In this document: positions 29,577-39,827 of the stretch, piece by piece
How the letters are laid out: each line of letters opens with the position of its first letter
Numbering within the stretch: the first letter of the stretch is position 1
Source: an uncultured Chloroflexia bacterium
Lineage (GTDB): Bacteria > Chloroflexota > Limnocylindria > Limnocylindrales > CSP1-4
Direction: 5' to 3'
DNA: 64,000 nucleotides
Assembly (NCBI GenBank): GCA_963813335.1
Contig: CAWEYL010000007.1
Span: 15,447-79,446, forward strand
Notes under the pieces: generated by a model
What the model was told of the DNA's origin: nothing
Database searches by the model: none
The model's input: the letters and a program-made list of their open reading frames with translations, nothing else
Position numbers and translations under genes: made by a program

Positions 29577-31283
29577 GTGACCGACGCACCCGGCGATCCC
29601 CTCGCCTCCTCGATCCGCGCTCGTGCCCGGGCCGAGATCGGCCGCGCCTGGGAGGCCGCCGTCGCCGACGGCTCGCTGCCCGCCCTCCCGCCGGACGCTC
29701 CGCCCGTGGCGATCGAGGTCGAGCGGCCGTCGAACCCGGACCACGGCGACCTGGCCACCAACCTCGCGATGAAGCTGGCCCGGCCCTCCCGGATGGCACC
29801 GCTCGCGATCGCGACGGCACTCGCGGCCGCGGTCGAGCGCGGCGCGACGGCCGACCCGACGACGGCGACCATCTCCGGCGCGACCGTGGCCGCGCCCGGG
29901 TTCCTGAACCTTCGTCTGGCCGACGCCGCGCTCGAGCGGATGGTGGCGGGGATCCTCGCCGAGCCCGCCCGCTGGGGCCGGCTCTCGGCTGCGACCCCGC
30001 GCGCCGTGAACGTCGAGTTCGTCTCGGCCAACCCGACCGGCCCGCTCCACGTGGGGAACGCCCGGGGCGCGTTCATCGGCGACCTGCTCAGCCGGGTGTT
30101 GGAGGCCGGCGGCCAGCAGGTCACACGCGAGTACTACTTCAACGATTCGGGCGGGCAGATCCGCAACCTCGGGGCGTCCGTGGCCGCCCTGCGGCGGGGC
30201 GACCCGGTCCCGGACGACGGCTACAAGGGCGACTACGTCCACGACCTGGTCGGCGAGCTGCCGGACGATGTGTGGGCTGCCGCCACCGCCCCCGGCGCCG
30301 ACGCCGACGGGATCGTCGGGCACTGGGCGGCCGGCCGCGTGCGCGAGGGCATCGAGGAGAGCCTGACCGCGCTCGGCGTCCGCTTCGATGTCTGGACCAG
30401 CGAGGCCCGGCTGCACGACGAGGGCTGGGTCGGGCGCGCGGTCGAGCGCCTCCGCGAGCGCGGCCACGTCTACGAGTCCGAGGGCGCGGTCTGGTTCCGC
30501 TCGACCGACTTCGGCGACGACAAGGACCGGGTGATCTTCCGCTCCAACGGCGAGCCGACCTACTTCGCCGCCGACATCGGCTACGTGACCGAGAAGTTCA
30601 GCCGCGGCTTCGACCACCTGGTCTACATCTGGGGCGCGGACCACCACGGGACCGTCGCCCGCGTCCGGAACGCCGCCGAGGCGATGGGCTACGAGCGCGA
30701 GGCGGTCGAGATGAAGCTCTACTCGTGGGTCCGCTTCGTGCGCGACGGCGAGGAGGTCTCGATGTCGAAGCGGGCCGGCGAGTTCATCACGCTCGACGAC
30801 CTGCTGGCCGAGGTGGGGGTCGACGCGGCGCGCTGGTTCTTCGCCTCACGCGCGGCCACCACCGGGATCGACTTCGACATCGAGCTGGCGAAGAAGCAGT
30901 CGAACGAGAACCCCGTCTACTACGTCCAGTACGCCCACGCCCGGATCGCCTCGATCGTGCGCAAGGCCGCCGAAGCCGGCCTGGCGCCAGCGGCCACCGT
31001 GGACGGCCTGCTGGTCGGGGCGCCGGAGGCCGCGCTCGTGCGCGCCATCGCCCGCTTCCCGGATGTCGTCGAGGACGCCGTGGCGCTCGAGGAGACGCAG
31101 GGCGTCACCGCCTACGCGACCGACCTGGCGACGACCTTCCACGGCTTCTACCGCGACGCGCGGGTCGTCGATGCCGCGGAACCGGAACGCTCGGCCGGCC
31201 GCCTCGCACTGGCGCGCGCGGCCCAGGTCACCCTCGCGAACGCGCTCGGTCTGCTCGGGATCTCCGCGCCCGAGTCGATGTAG
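29577..31283 (+). CDS. argS: Arginine--tRNA ligase
   Basis: EFVSANPTGPLHVGN, GADHHG, MSKRAG, YVQYAHAR. Confidence 0.97.
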   Translation: MTDAPGDPLASSIRARARAEIGRAWEAAVADGSLPALPPDAPPVAIEVERPSNPDHGDLATNLAMKLARPSRMAPLAIATALAAAVERGATADPTTATISGATVAAPGFLNLRLADAALERMVAGILAEPARWGRLSAATPRAVNVEFVSANPTGPLHVGNARGAFIGDLLSRVLEAGGQQVTREYYFNDSGGQIRNLGASVAALRRGDPVPDDGYKGDYVHDLVGELPDDVWAAATAPGADADGIVGHWAAGRVREGIEESLTALGVRFDVWTSEARLHDEGWVGRAVERLRERGHVYESEGAVWFRSTDFGDDKDRVIFRSNGEPTYFAADIGYVTEKFSRGFDHLVYIWGADHHGTVARVRNAAEAMGYEREAVEMKLYSWVRFVRDGEEVSMSKRAGEFITLDDLLAEVGVDAARWFFASRAATTGIDFDIELAKKQSNENPVYYVQYAHARIASIVRKAAEAGLAPAATVDGLLVGAPEAALVRAIARFPDVVEDAVALEETQGVTAYATDLATTFHGFYRDARVVDAAEPERSAGRLALARAAQVTLANALGLLGISAPESM

Positions 31284-31292
31284 CCGAGGGCG

Positions 31293-32585
31293 CTAGCCGG
31301 CCAGGCCCAGGACCCCGGCGACGCGCGACATCGTGGCGGCGTCGCTTGCGACGAGCACCCAGCGGACCTTGCCGCCCTCGCCGGGGAGGACCTGGGCGAT
31401 CCCCTGCGCCTTGGCCAATGCGGTCGTCGCGGCCGTCTCGAAGTCGGCCGCGTCCGCGGTCGTGTCCCAGGCGGTCTTGATCGCGACGGCCCAGGCATCG
31501 CCCGGCCCGTCGATCACCGCGAGGCGGTCGCCGCCCCAGCCCGCCGCCGCCGCGTCGGCGTCCGCCTTCGGGACGCCGGAGACGCGCAGCCAGATGCCGT
31601 CCTGGAGCTCGCCGAACGAATCGGTCATCGGGACCGTCCAGCCCTTCCCGAGGCGAGCCGCGATATCGGTCGGCAGCCCGACATCGACCGGGCCCTCGTT
31701 GGCCGTGTACTTCTCGGGATGGAGGATCTGCTCGGTCGACTCGGGCATCCGGGCGTAGAAGTCATCGACGGCGGTCCAGCCGCCGGACAGCTGCGCCGCC
31801 TGGACGTAGAACGCGCCGGTCGTGTACGGGTAGGTCAGGGTCTCGGTCATGATCGGCGGCAGCCTGGCGAGCAGCGCCTGGGTCGCCGGGTCGTTGCCCG
31901 CCTTGGCGTACTCGCCCAGCTCGGCCGGGGTCAGGTTGGCCACGGCCCAGTACGACATCACGACCGTGGCGTCGCCCTCGAAGATGGCCTGCCGCGCGAG
32001 GAACCAGTCGCTCTGGTCCTTCACGCCCTTCTGGTCCTTGAAGACCGTGAAGTTCTGGTCCTGGAGCGCGTGGGTGTACTCGTGGGCGTAGGTGACCTGC
32101 TCGGCCGGGCCGACCCCGCCGGACCGCGAGACCACGAACATCTTGCCCTGGTCGTCGTCGTAGAACCCGGCCACACCGGCGCCGAGCATCTCGAGGGTCA
32201 GCGCGTCGAGGTCCGCGTCCGCGGGCAGCAGGCCGAGCGCCTTGTAGAGCTGCTCATTCGCGGCCACGATCTCGGGCGGGGTCTGCTTGGCCTGCTCCGC
32301 GGCGAGCATCGTCTTGAGCGTGGCCTCGTCGATCACCTCGCGCTCGACCTTGTGCTTGGCCTGGAGCTCGCGCAGCGTGGCGACCTGGCCCTCGATCTCG
32401 TCGAACGTGGCGTTCGCGTCCTGGCTCGCACCGGCCGATGGCGACGCGCCGGACGGAGTGGCCGATGGGGCGACGGACGGAGCGACCATCGGCGAGGGGC
32501 TCACCGCGGCGGGGTCGCACGCCGCGACCAGCGCAGCGAGCGCGACCACGAGGACGACGGAGCGAGTGGCGGAGGGTCGAGACAT
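31293..32585 (-). CDS. Lipoprotein with zinc metallopeptidase-like HExxH motif
   Basis: LVAAC lipobox, AHEYTHALQDQ, EGDAT, STEQILHPEKY. Confidence 0.8.
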   Translation of the reverse strand: MSRPSATRSVVLVVALAALVAACDPAAVSPSPMVAPSVAPSATPSGASPSAGASQDANATFDEIEGQVATLRELQAKHKVEREVIDEATLKTMLAAEQAKQTPPEIVAANEQLYKALGLLPADADLDALTLEMLGAGVAGFYDDDQGKMFVVSRSGGVGPAEQVTYAHEYTHALQDQNFTVFKDQKGVKDQSDWFLARQAIFEGDATVVMSYWAVANLTPAELGEYAKAGNDPATQALLARLPPIMTETLTYPYTTGAFYVQAAQLSGGWTAVDDFYARMPESTEQILHPEKYTANEGPVDVGLPTDIAARLGKGWTVPMTDSFGELQDGIWLRVSGVPKADADAAAAGWGGDRLAVIDGPGDAWAVAIKTAWDTTADAADFETAATTALAKAQGIAQVLPGEGGKVRWVLVASDAATMSRVAGVLGLAG

Positions 32586-32740
32586 CGCGGCATTCTCGCA
32601 CGCGGTGGCGTTCGACCCGGATGACGCGATGGTCCTGCCGGCCGAGGCGGCGGGCCTCGTGGCCCGGACCGCGACCCCACGTGTCGCTTTCTTAACCGGT
32701 TGGCCCCTCGATGCTGAATCAGCCCGGCCTAGCGTAGTGA

Positions 32741-32818
32741 TCGGACGAACCCACAAGGTTCCATCCTCCCTCCCTCCGACCGGGGGCGCCGATTGGGCAG
32801 GCGCCTCCGGTCTTTCCA
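32741..32818 (+). ncRNA. Candidate small RNA with C-rich tract and intrinsic terminator
   Basis: TAGCGT at 32730, short hairpin gaacc/ggttc, CCTCCCTCCCTCC, 13-bp stem followed by TTTC. Confidence 0.45.
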
Positions 32819-32877
32819 TGTCCGGGCCATCCCCGATCCGCGAGCCGCCGTGCAGGGCGCTGTGTCAGAATCGGGGC

Positions 32878-33552
32878 ATGGAGATCACCTGGTACGGACG
32901 GAGCTGCGTCCGCCTGCGCGGCCGCGACGCGGTGGTCGTCGCCGACCCCTACCAATCGGTCGTCGGTCCGACCGGCCGAGGCATCACGGCCGACATCGTC
33001 ACCTTCAGCCACCCTGACGACACGAAGCTGCCGCGGGCCAAGGGCAAGCACTCGCGCGACGGGCACACGCTGCTGCCATCCAGCCTGGACGCCGCATTCG
33101 TGCTCGACGGTCCGGGTGAGTACGAGGTCAAGGAGGTCCTGCTGACCGGCGTCCGCACCTATCGCGATGACGCGAAGGGCGCGGAATCCGGCAAGCAGGT
33201 CGCATTCGTGGTCGAGCTCGACGGGCTGCACACGATCCATCTCGGCGACATCGGCCATCTCCTCTCGGAGGAGAAGCTCGGCGACATCGGCTCGGTGGAC
33301 ATCGCCTGCGTGCCGCTCGGCGGCGCGCTGAGCCCGACCCGCGCGGCGGCGATCGTGGCCCAGCTCGATCCGAGCATCGTCGTGCCCATGCCGCTCTGCG
33401 ACGACGACGCCGACTGCGCCGAGGCACTCGCCAAGTTCTTCCACGAGATGGGCGCGGAGCCGACGACGCAGCCGAAGCTGTCGGTCAGCTTCTCCACGCT
33501 CCCCGCCGAGACCGCGGTCGTCCTGCTCGAGTCGCGCGGCAAGCAGGTCTGA
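32878..33552 (+). CDS. MBL-fold Zn-dependent hydrolase
   Basis: MEITWYG..DPY, PGEYEV, HLGDIGH, IVVPM. Confidence 0.85.
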   Translation: MEITWYGRSCVRLRGRDAVVVADPYQSVVGPTGRGITADIVTFSHPDDTKLPRAKGKHSRDGHTLLPSSLDAAFVLDGPGEYEVKEVLLTGVRTYRDDAKGAESGKQVAFVVELDGLHTIHLGDIGHLLSEEKLGDIGSVDIACVPLGGALSPTRAAAIVAQLDPSIVVPMPLCDDDADCAEALAKFFHEMGAEPTTQPKLSVSFSTLPAETAVVLLESRGKQV

Positions 33553-33570
33553 GCCGCCGGTCGAGCGGGC

Positions 33571-34941
33571 TCAGGACCGGTCGAGGACGACCCGCCCGCG
33601 CTTGATGACGGTCCGCACGAGGTCGGCGGCCGGCCAGTACGGGATCTGGGCCGTGGTGGGAACCCGCCAGACCGTCAGGTCCGCCGACTTGCCCGGCTCG
33701 ATCGACCCGATCTCGTCGGCGAGGCCGAGCGCCTGCGCGGCGTTGATCGTCACCGCGCTCAGGACCTCGTCGGGGGTCATGCGCAGGCCGACGCACGCCG
33801 CGGTCATCGCCAGCGGCAGGCTCGCGGTCGGCGAGGTGCCGGGGTTGAAGTCGGTCCCGATGGCGACGGGCACGCCGCGCTCGATGAACGTCCGCGCCGG
33901 GGCGTGGTGCTCCTTCATCAGGAACCAGGTCGTCACCGGGAGCAGGGTCGCGACGACCGGCTCGCCCGCGTCCGCGGCCGCCGCGAGGGCGGCGATCCCG
34001 GCGTCGGACGGGGTCGCGAGGTGGTCCGCCGAGGCGGCACCGAGCTCCGCGGCCAGCTCCGCGCCACCGGACGGGGCGAGCTCATCGGCATGGAGGCGCA
34101 CGCCCATCCCGTAGCCCGCGGCCGCCACCAGGATCCGGCGCGACTGATCGGCGCTGAAGACGCCGTCCTCGCAGAAGACGTCGCAGAAGCGGGCCCGGCC
34201 GTGGGCCGCGATCCCGGGCAGCTGCTCCTCGATGACTGATCGGACGTACGCCTCCGTGCCCGCGGGCCGGGCGCGGAACTCCGGGGCCACCGCGTGCGCC
34301 CCGAGGTAGGTGGGGACCACGTCGATCGGGCCCTCGGTCCCCAGCCGGAAGGCGGCGTCGACCAGCCGGATCTCCGTCTCGAGGTCCAGCCCGTAGCCGG
34401 ACTTCGCCTCCACGGTCGTGACGCCGTGGCCCAGCATCTCGTCGAGCCAGCGCCGGCCGTGGGCCAGCAGGTCGTCGGTCGTCGCGGCGCGCGTCGCGGC
34501 GACCGTCGAGAGGATCCCGCCGCCCGCGGCGAGGATGTCGAGGTAGCCCGCGCCGGCCTGGCGCATGACGAGCTCGCCCTCGCGGGAGCCGCCGAACAGC
34601 AGGTGGGTGTGCGGGTCGATGAGGCCCGGCGTGACCGAGCCGCCGCGGGCGTCGACCCGGGCGAAGCGGGCCAGCGGCAGCCCGTCCGCCTCGACGATCG
34701 CCTCGACGTCCGCGCGCGGTCCGACCGCCACGATGCGCCCGTCCCAGCACGCCACGACGGGCGCGTCGGGGGCGTCCGGCCCGGTCGCCGGGTCGGCCCG
34801 CAGCCGGTCGACATCGCCCTGGTCGGGACCGGCCCGGACGCCGCCCGCCAGCGTCGCGATCTCGGCCGCGCCGACGATCAGCAGGCCGGGCGGGTTCTCG
34901 TCGGAGCGACCCCCGTGGATCAGCCGGAACCCGCCGCTCAC
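33571..34941 (-). CDS. hutI: Imidazolonepropionase
   Basis: PGLIDPHTH, GGGILSTV, EAKSGYGL, DVFCE, HADE, TDFNPG. Confidence 0.95.
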   Translation of the reverse strand: MSGGFRLIHGGRSDENPPGLLIVGAAEIATLAGGVRAGPDQGDVDRLRADPATGPDAPDAPVVACWDGRIVAVGPRADVEAIVEADGLPLARFARVDARGGSVTPGLIDPHTHLLFGGSREGELVMRQAGAGYLDILAAGGGILSTVAATRAATTDDLLAHGRRWLDEMLGHGVTTVEAKSGYGLDLETEIRLVDAAFRLGTEGPIDVVPTYLGAHAVAPEFRARPAGTEAYVRSVIEEQLPGIAAHGRARFCDVFCEDGVFSADQSRRILVAAAGYGMGVRLHADELAPSGGAELAAELGAASADHLATPSDAGIAALAAAADAGEPVVATLLPVTTWFLMKEHHAPARTFIERGVPVAIGTDFNPGTSPTASLPLAMTAACVGLRMTPDEVLSAVTINAAQALGLADEIGSIEPGKSADLTVWRVPTTAQIPYWPAADLVRTVIKRGRVVLDRS

Positions 34942-34953
34942 GATGGCCGCCGG

Positions 34954-35919
34954 TCAGCGGGGCGACGCGGCGCGGGCAGCCTGCAGCCGCAGCTCCAGGG
35001 CCTGGAGCGGGCTGAAGTCGCGGAGGCGGAGGAAGGCGGCCGCGGCGGCGAGGCGCTCCTCGACCGGTGCGTCGCGCGAGGCGCCGGCGTGGTCGGCGAC
35101 GGCGAGGAACGAGGCGACCGGCATCAGCCCGATCAGCTCGGACTCGGCGAGCTCGACGCCGTCCTCGGCGGCCACCTCGCGAACTGTCTCCCAGACGACC
35201 CACAGCGGTGTCGTCTCGAAGTCGAGCACGTTCATCGAGACCTGGGCCCGCCCGAGCTCCTCGATCCAGAACCCGTTGGCCTGGACGCGCGGCAGGCCGC
35301 CGCCCGACTCGCGGATGCGCCGCGCGATCCGCTTGGCCAGGTCGACGTCGCTCGAGTCGAGGTTGATGTTGTAGGCGATGAGGAACGGCCGGGCGCCGAT
35401 GGCGACCGCGCCGGCGGACGGGTGCAGTCGCGCCGGCCCGAAATCGGGCTCGCGCCCGGGCTCGGCGATGTCGACCTTCAGGCCCTCGTACTGGCCGCGC
35501 CGGACGTCCGACAGCTTGACCCGGTCGTCGCGGCGCGCGGCGGCGGCATACAGGTAGACCGGCAGCTCGAATCGGTCCGCGACGCGCGCCCCGAAGTCGC
35601 GGGCGAGGGTGACGCAGTCATCGAGCGTGGTCTCGGCGAGCGGCACGAAGGGGATGACGTCGACCGCCCCGATCCGCGGGTGCTCCCCGGTGTGGTCGTC
35701 CATGTCGATCTCGTGGATCGCCGTCGCGAGCAGCCGCTCGAGGGCCGCGACGACCGGGCCGTGCTCGCCGGCCATCGTGAAGACCGAGCGGTTGTGGCTG
35801 GCGTCACTCGTCCGGTCGAGGAGGAAGACCCCGTCCACGCTCGAGATGGCCTCGGCGAGGCGGTCGACGACATCGAGGCGCCGACCCTCGGACACGTTCG
35901 GGACCAATTCGATGAGCAC
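34954..35919 (-). CDS. ftcd: Glutamate formimidoyltransferase
   Basis: LIELVPNVSEGR, HNRSV, HPRIGAVDVIPF, RPFLIAYN, QVSMN. Confidence 0.93.
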   Translation of the reverse strand: MLIELVPNVSEGRRLDVVDRLAEAISSVDGVFLLDRTSDASHNRSVFTMAGEHGPVVAALERLLATAIHEIDMDDHTGEHPRIGAVDVIPFVPLAETTLDDCVTLARDFGARVADRFELPVYLYAAAARRDDRVKLSDVRRGQYEGLKVDIAEPGREPDFGPARLHPSAGAVAIGARPFLIAYNINLDSSDVDLAKRIARRIRESGGGLPRVQANGFWIEELGRAQVSMNVLDFETTPLWVVWETVREVAAEDGVELAESELIGLMPVASFLAVADHAGASRDAPVEERLAAAAAFLRLRDFSPLQALELRLQAARAASPR

Positions 35920-35969
35920 GGGTCGATGCTAGGCCTCTTTCCGGGCCGAGGAACGCCCGCCGCGCGCCG

Positions 35970-37629
35970 TCAGCCGTCGAGCATCGGGACGCGGACCCCG
36001 CGCTCGCGGGCCACCTCGCGGGCGCGCTCGTAGCCGGCATCGGCGTGGCGGAGTACGCCCATCGCCGGATCCGTGGTCAGGACCCGTTCGAGCTTCTCGG
36101 CCGCCAGCGGCGTCCCGTCGGCCACGACCACCATCCCGGCGTGCTGGCTGTAGCCGATCCCCGTCCCGCCACCATGGTGGATCGAGACCCACGTCGCGCC
36201 GGCGGCCGTGTTGACCAGGGCGTTGAGCAGTGGCCAGTCCGCGACCGCGTCCGAGCCGTCGGCCATCGCTTCGGTCTCGCGGTTCGGGGAGGCGACCGAG
36301 CCGGAGTCGAGATGGTCCCGCCCGATCACGATCGGCGCGGCGACCTCGCCCGTGCGCACGAGCTCGTTGAAGGCGAGCCCGGCGCGCGCGCGCTCGCCGT
36401 AGCCCAGCCAGCAGATCCGCGCCGGCAGCCCCTGGAACGGCACCCGCTCCTCGGCCATCGCGATCCAGCGCTGGAGGCCGGCATCGTCGGGGAAGAGCTC
36501 GAGCACGGCCCGATCGGTCCGCCGGATGTCGGCGGGATCGCCCGACAGGGCCACCCAGCGGAACGGCCCGCGTCCCTCGCAGAACTGCGGCCGGATGAAG
36601 GCCGGGACGAAGCCGGGGTACGCGAACGCGTCCTCGACCCCGGCCTCCTGGGCGACGGCGCGCAGGTTGTTGCCGTAGTCGAAGACCACGGCGCCGGAGC
36701 GCTGGAACTCGAGCATCGCGCGGACGTGCGCCGCCATCGAGGCGCGCGCGCGTCGCTCGTACTCGGCCGGGAGCCGCGTGCGGAGCTCGATGGCATCGGC
36801 CAGCGCGATCTCCGCCGGGACGTAGCCGCCGAGCGGGTCGTGGGCGGAGGTCTGGTCGGTCACCAGGTCGAACCGCTCCCCGGCGGCGGCCCAGGCGGGC
36901 TCGATCTCGGCGGCGTTGCCGACGAGCGCGATGCTGACCGCCTCGCGGCGGGCGGCCGCCTCGCGCGCCCAGGCGAGCGCCTCCGCGGGGTCGTGGGTCA
37001 GCCGGTCGACGTAGCCGATGTCGAGACGCCGGCGGGCCCGCGCCTCGTCGACCTCGATGACGATGGCCGCGCCGTCGTTCATGGTCACCGCGAGCGGCTG
37101 CGCCCCGCCCATCCCGCCGAGCCCCGCCGTCAGCGTCACGGTCCCGCGGAGCGTCCCGCCGAAGTGCTGGCGAGCCGCCTCGGCGAACGTCTCGAAGGTG
37201 CCCTGCAGGATGCCCTGGGTCCCGATGTAGATCCACGACCCGGCGGTCATCTGCCCGTACATCATCAGGCCGCGCCGCTCGAGGTCGCGGAAGACCTCCC
37301 ACGTCGCCCACTTGCCGACGAGGTTCGAGTTGGCGATGAGGACGCGCGGCGCCCACGGATGCGTGCGCAGGACGCCGACGGGCTTGCCCGACTGGACCAG
37401 GAGCGTCTCGTCGTCCCCGAGCGCGCGCAGCTCCCGGACGATGGCGTCGAAGGCATCCCAGCTCCGTGCCGCGCGCCCGGTCCCGCCGTACACGACGAGG
37501 TGGTCGGGGTCCTCCGCGACCTCCGGGTCGAGGTTGTTCATCAGCATCCGGAGCACGGCCTCCTGCTGCCAGCCGCGGCAGGTCAGCCTCGGATCCGCGA
37601 GGGGCTCGGACGGGTCGTGGTCCGGACAT
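35970..37629 (-). CDS. hutU: Urocanate hydratase (+1 frameshift ~37588)
   Basis: [43 protein letters not shown]. Confidence 0.96.
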
Positions 37630-37639
37630 CGGGACGAGC

Positions 37640-38287
37640 CTACTCCCGCAGGTCCGTGACGATCTGCTCGCCCAGCCGGCGCGACCCCAGCGACGTCACC
37701 GAGACAAGGAGGCCGTCGCCCAGGTGGACGTGGTACGTGGTGGCGCCGCCCTGGCAGGTCCCGACGAGGACGTCGCGGCCGGCGATCGTGCGCGCCTCGG
37801 ACCCGGCGGTCCCGCCCGCCTGCGCGCAGGCCACCTGGTCGTAGGCCGCCCGGAAGATCTCGCGGAAGATCGGGTTGTCGACGCCGGGGCGCAGCTTGAC
37901 CACGCTGGCCACCGCGAGATCGTCACCGTTCGAGCCGCCTGGGGCCACGACGATGGCCATCGCGATCGCCTCCGCGTTGGCGGCCAGGGTCGGGTCGGCT
38001 GCGACCGTCGCCGCCGTGGTGGGGTCAGGCGCCAGCGGGAGCCCGTCGACCGCGGCGGGCAGGTGGCCCAGCAGGGCCGGGTCGACGACGACCACGTTGC
38101 CGGACGCCGCCGGCGATCCGCTCGCGCTGGGGGCCGCCGCGGTCGGTGTCGGGACGGGCGACGCGGTCGGCGTCGGGGTCGGGTCCGCCGGGACGCGGTT
38201 GACCGTCACGCAGCCGGTCAGGCTCACGAGCACGAGCGCGACCGCGATGCCGAGGAAGGGCCATGCCGGCGGACGATGGCGTCGCAT
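37640..38287 (-). CDS. Putative lipoprotein
   Basis: LVSLTGC lipobox, PT linker. Confidence 0.7.
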   Translation of the reverse strand: MRRHRPPAWPFLGIAVALVLVSLTGCVTVNRVPADPTPTPTASPVPTPTAAAPSASGSPAASGNVVVVDPALLGHLPAAVDGLPLAPDPTTAATVAADPTLAANAEAIAMAIVVAPGGSNGDDLAVASVVKLRPGVDNPIFREIFRAAYDQVACAQAGGTAGSEARTIAGRDVLVGTCQGGATTYHVHLGDGLLVSVTSLGSRRLGEQIVTDLRE

Positions 38288-38292
38288 GCCGC

Positions 38293-39078
38293 TCAGGCCA
38301 GCTCCCGGCGCATGACCGGGAAGCGCTCGTCGGCGATCGCCAGCGCGAATCCCGCCGCGAGCCAGAACGCCGGCGTCGCCGCGCTGGTCGCGTCGGCCCG
38401 GGCGGCCGCTTCCGGGTAGGCCTCCACGGCGGTGAAGCCGCGCGCCTCGAGGTCCTCGCAGACGGCCGCGACCAGGCGGAGGCCCAGTCCGCTGCCACGC
38501 GCGGCCGCGGTCGTCGCGATGCACGTGATGACCGCGGGGAGCGGCGCGTCCGGCAGCGCCGGGTACAGGTCGCGCGTCCGCTGCGCGCGCGGGTACGCCG
38601 TCAGCGGCCCGAACTGGCAGTAGGCCGCGGCGACATCGTCCTGGTAGAGGACCTTGGCGTAGCTGCCGGTCACCTTCAGGCCGCGGCCGAGGAGCTGCCA
38701 CTTGCGTGGCGCGTCCGGGTCGGCTGCCGGCGGTGCCGGCGGCGGCGGCGCGAACGGGTTGGCGATCGCCGGCGCCGCCTCGTCGAGGAACGGATTCGCC
38801 GGCCGGCTGGCCGCGGGCGGCGCGAACGGGTTCGGGGCATCGGCCCGCGCGCCCGTCGCGTCGGCGAGGAACGGGTTGGCCGGCGCCGGCCGGCGTCCCG
38901 CGTCGGGGCTCGGCGGCGTCGCCTCAAGCCACGCGAGACGGGACGACTTCGAGCCGCGGGCGGCGTCCTCCCAGTAGTCGCAGGTGCGATGGTCGAAGCC
39001 GGGATCCGCGCAGGGCGGCAAAGCCCGGAACACGGCTTCGTCCAGGACGTCGGCGATGCGGATGCGCGGGTCGGTCAT
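38293..39078 (-). CDS. GNAT-family acetyltransferase with NPF-repeat insertion
   Basis: YCQFGP, VITC..ARGSGLG, VEAYP. Confidence 0.8.
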   Translation of the reverse strand: MTDPRIRIADVLDEAVFRALPPCADPGFDHRTCDYWEDAARGSKSSRLAWLEATPPSPDAGRRPAPANPFLADATGARADAPNPFAPPAASRPANPFLDEAAPAIANPFAPPPPAPPAADPDAPRKWQLLGRGLKVTGSYAKVLYQDDVAAAYCQFGPLTAYPRAQRTRDLYPALPDAPLPAVITCIATTAAARGSGLGLRLVAAVCEDLEARGFTAVEAYPEAAARADATSAATPAFWLAAGFALAIADERFPVMRRELA

Positions 39079-39197
39079 GGCATCTCCGAGTCTACGGCGC
39101 GATGTGGGTCGAGGGGCTTGTCCGATTTGCTACAGTCGGCTCGCGGCGGCCCTTCGGCGACACGGCTCGTCGAACCATCACGTGAAGGCAGGGACTG

Positions 39198-39800
39198 GTG
39201 CCCGGATCCAAAGAGTTGGACGCCTACGCGGTCCTCGGCGTCGACCCCGCCGCGGACGACGAGACGGTGGCCGCCGCCTACCGCGCCCTGGCGCGCCGCC
39301 TCCACCCGGACGTGGCGGGCGACGGAGCCACGCACCAGATGTCCGTCGTCAACGCGGCATTCGACCGGGTCCGCGACCCGAAGCGCCGGCGCGAGTACGA
39401 CGAAGAGCTGCAGGAGATCGACCCGGCCCGTGCGGCCCGCGCCCGGGCCCGGCCGCGCGGCGCTCGCGTGCGATCCTCCTCGACGACCGCGGCGCCCCCG
39501 CCGCCGCAGGAGCCCGAGCACCATCGCGCCCCGTCGCCATACCACGAGTTCGACGACTCCTCGGGCCGCGACGGGACCGGCGGCGCCGGCCGCCCGCCCG
39601 GCCGGCCGTCCGGGAGCGTGCTGACGTTCGGGCGCCACCTCGGCTGGTCGATCGGCGAGATCGCCCGGGTCGATCCCGGCTACCTGACCTGGCTCGAGGA
39701 GCGGCGCGAGGGCCGGCCGTACCTCGACGAGATCGACGCCACGCTCCGGCGCATCGGCTACCGCGAGGACCACGTCCCCCCGCCCCAGAAGCGGCGCTGA
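39198..39800 (+). CDS. DnaJ-domain protein
   Basis: AYAVLGV..AYRALARRLHPD..NAAF; C-terminal LTFGRHLG..DPGYLTWL. Confidence 0.85.
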   Translation: MPGSKELDAYAVLGVDPAADDETVAAAYRALARRLHPDVAGDGATHQMSVVNAAFDRVRDPKRRREYDEELQEIDPARAARARARPRGARVRSSSTTAAPPPPQEPEHHRAPSPYHEFDDSSGRDGTGGAGRPPGRPSGSVLTFGRHLGWSIGEIARVDPGYLTWLEERREGRPYLDEIDATLRRIGYREDHVPPPQKRR

Positions 39801-39827
39801 CCGGCCTGCGCTGATCGCCGCGCGGGG

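Noticed and set aside
32747-32761. GAAC...GTTC as a LexA box
   Set aside because: Spacer is 7 nt rather than 4; better read as a small hairpin
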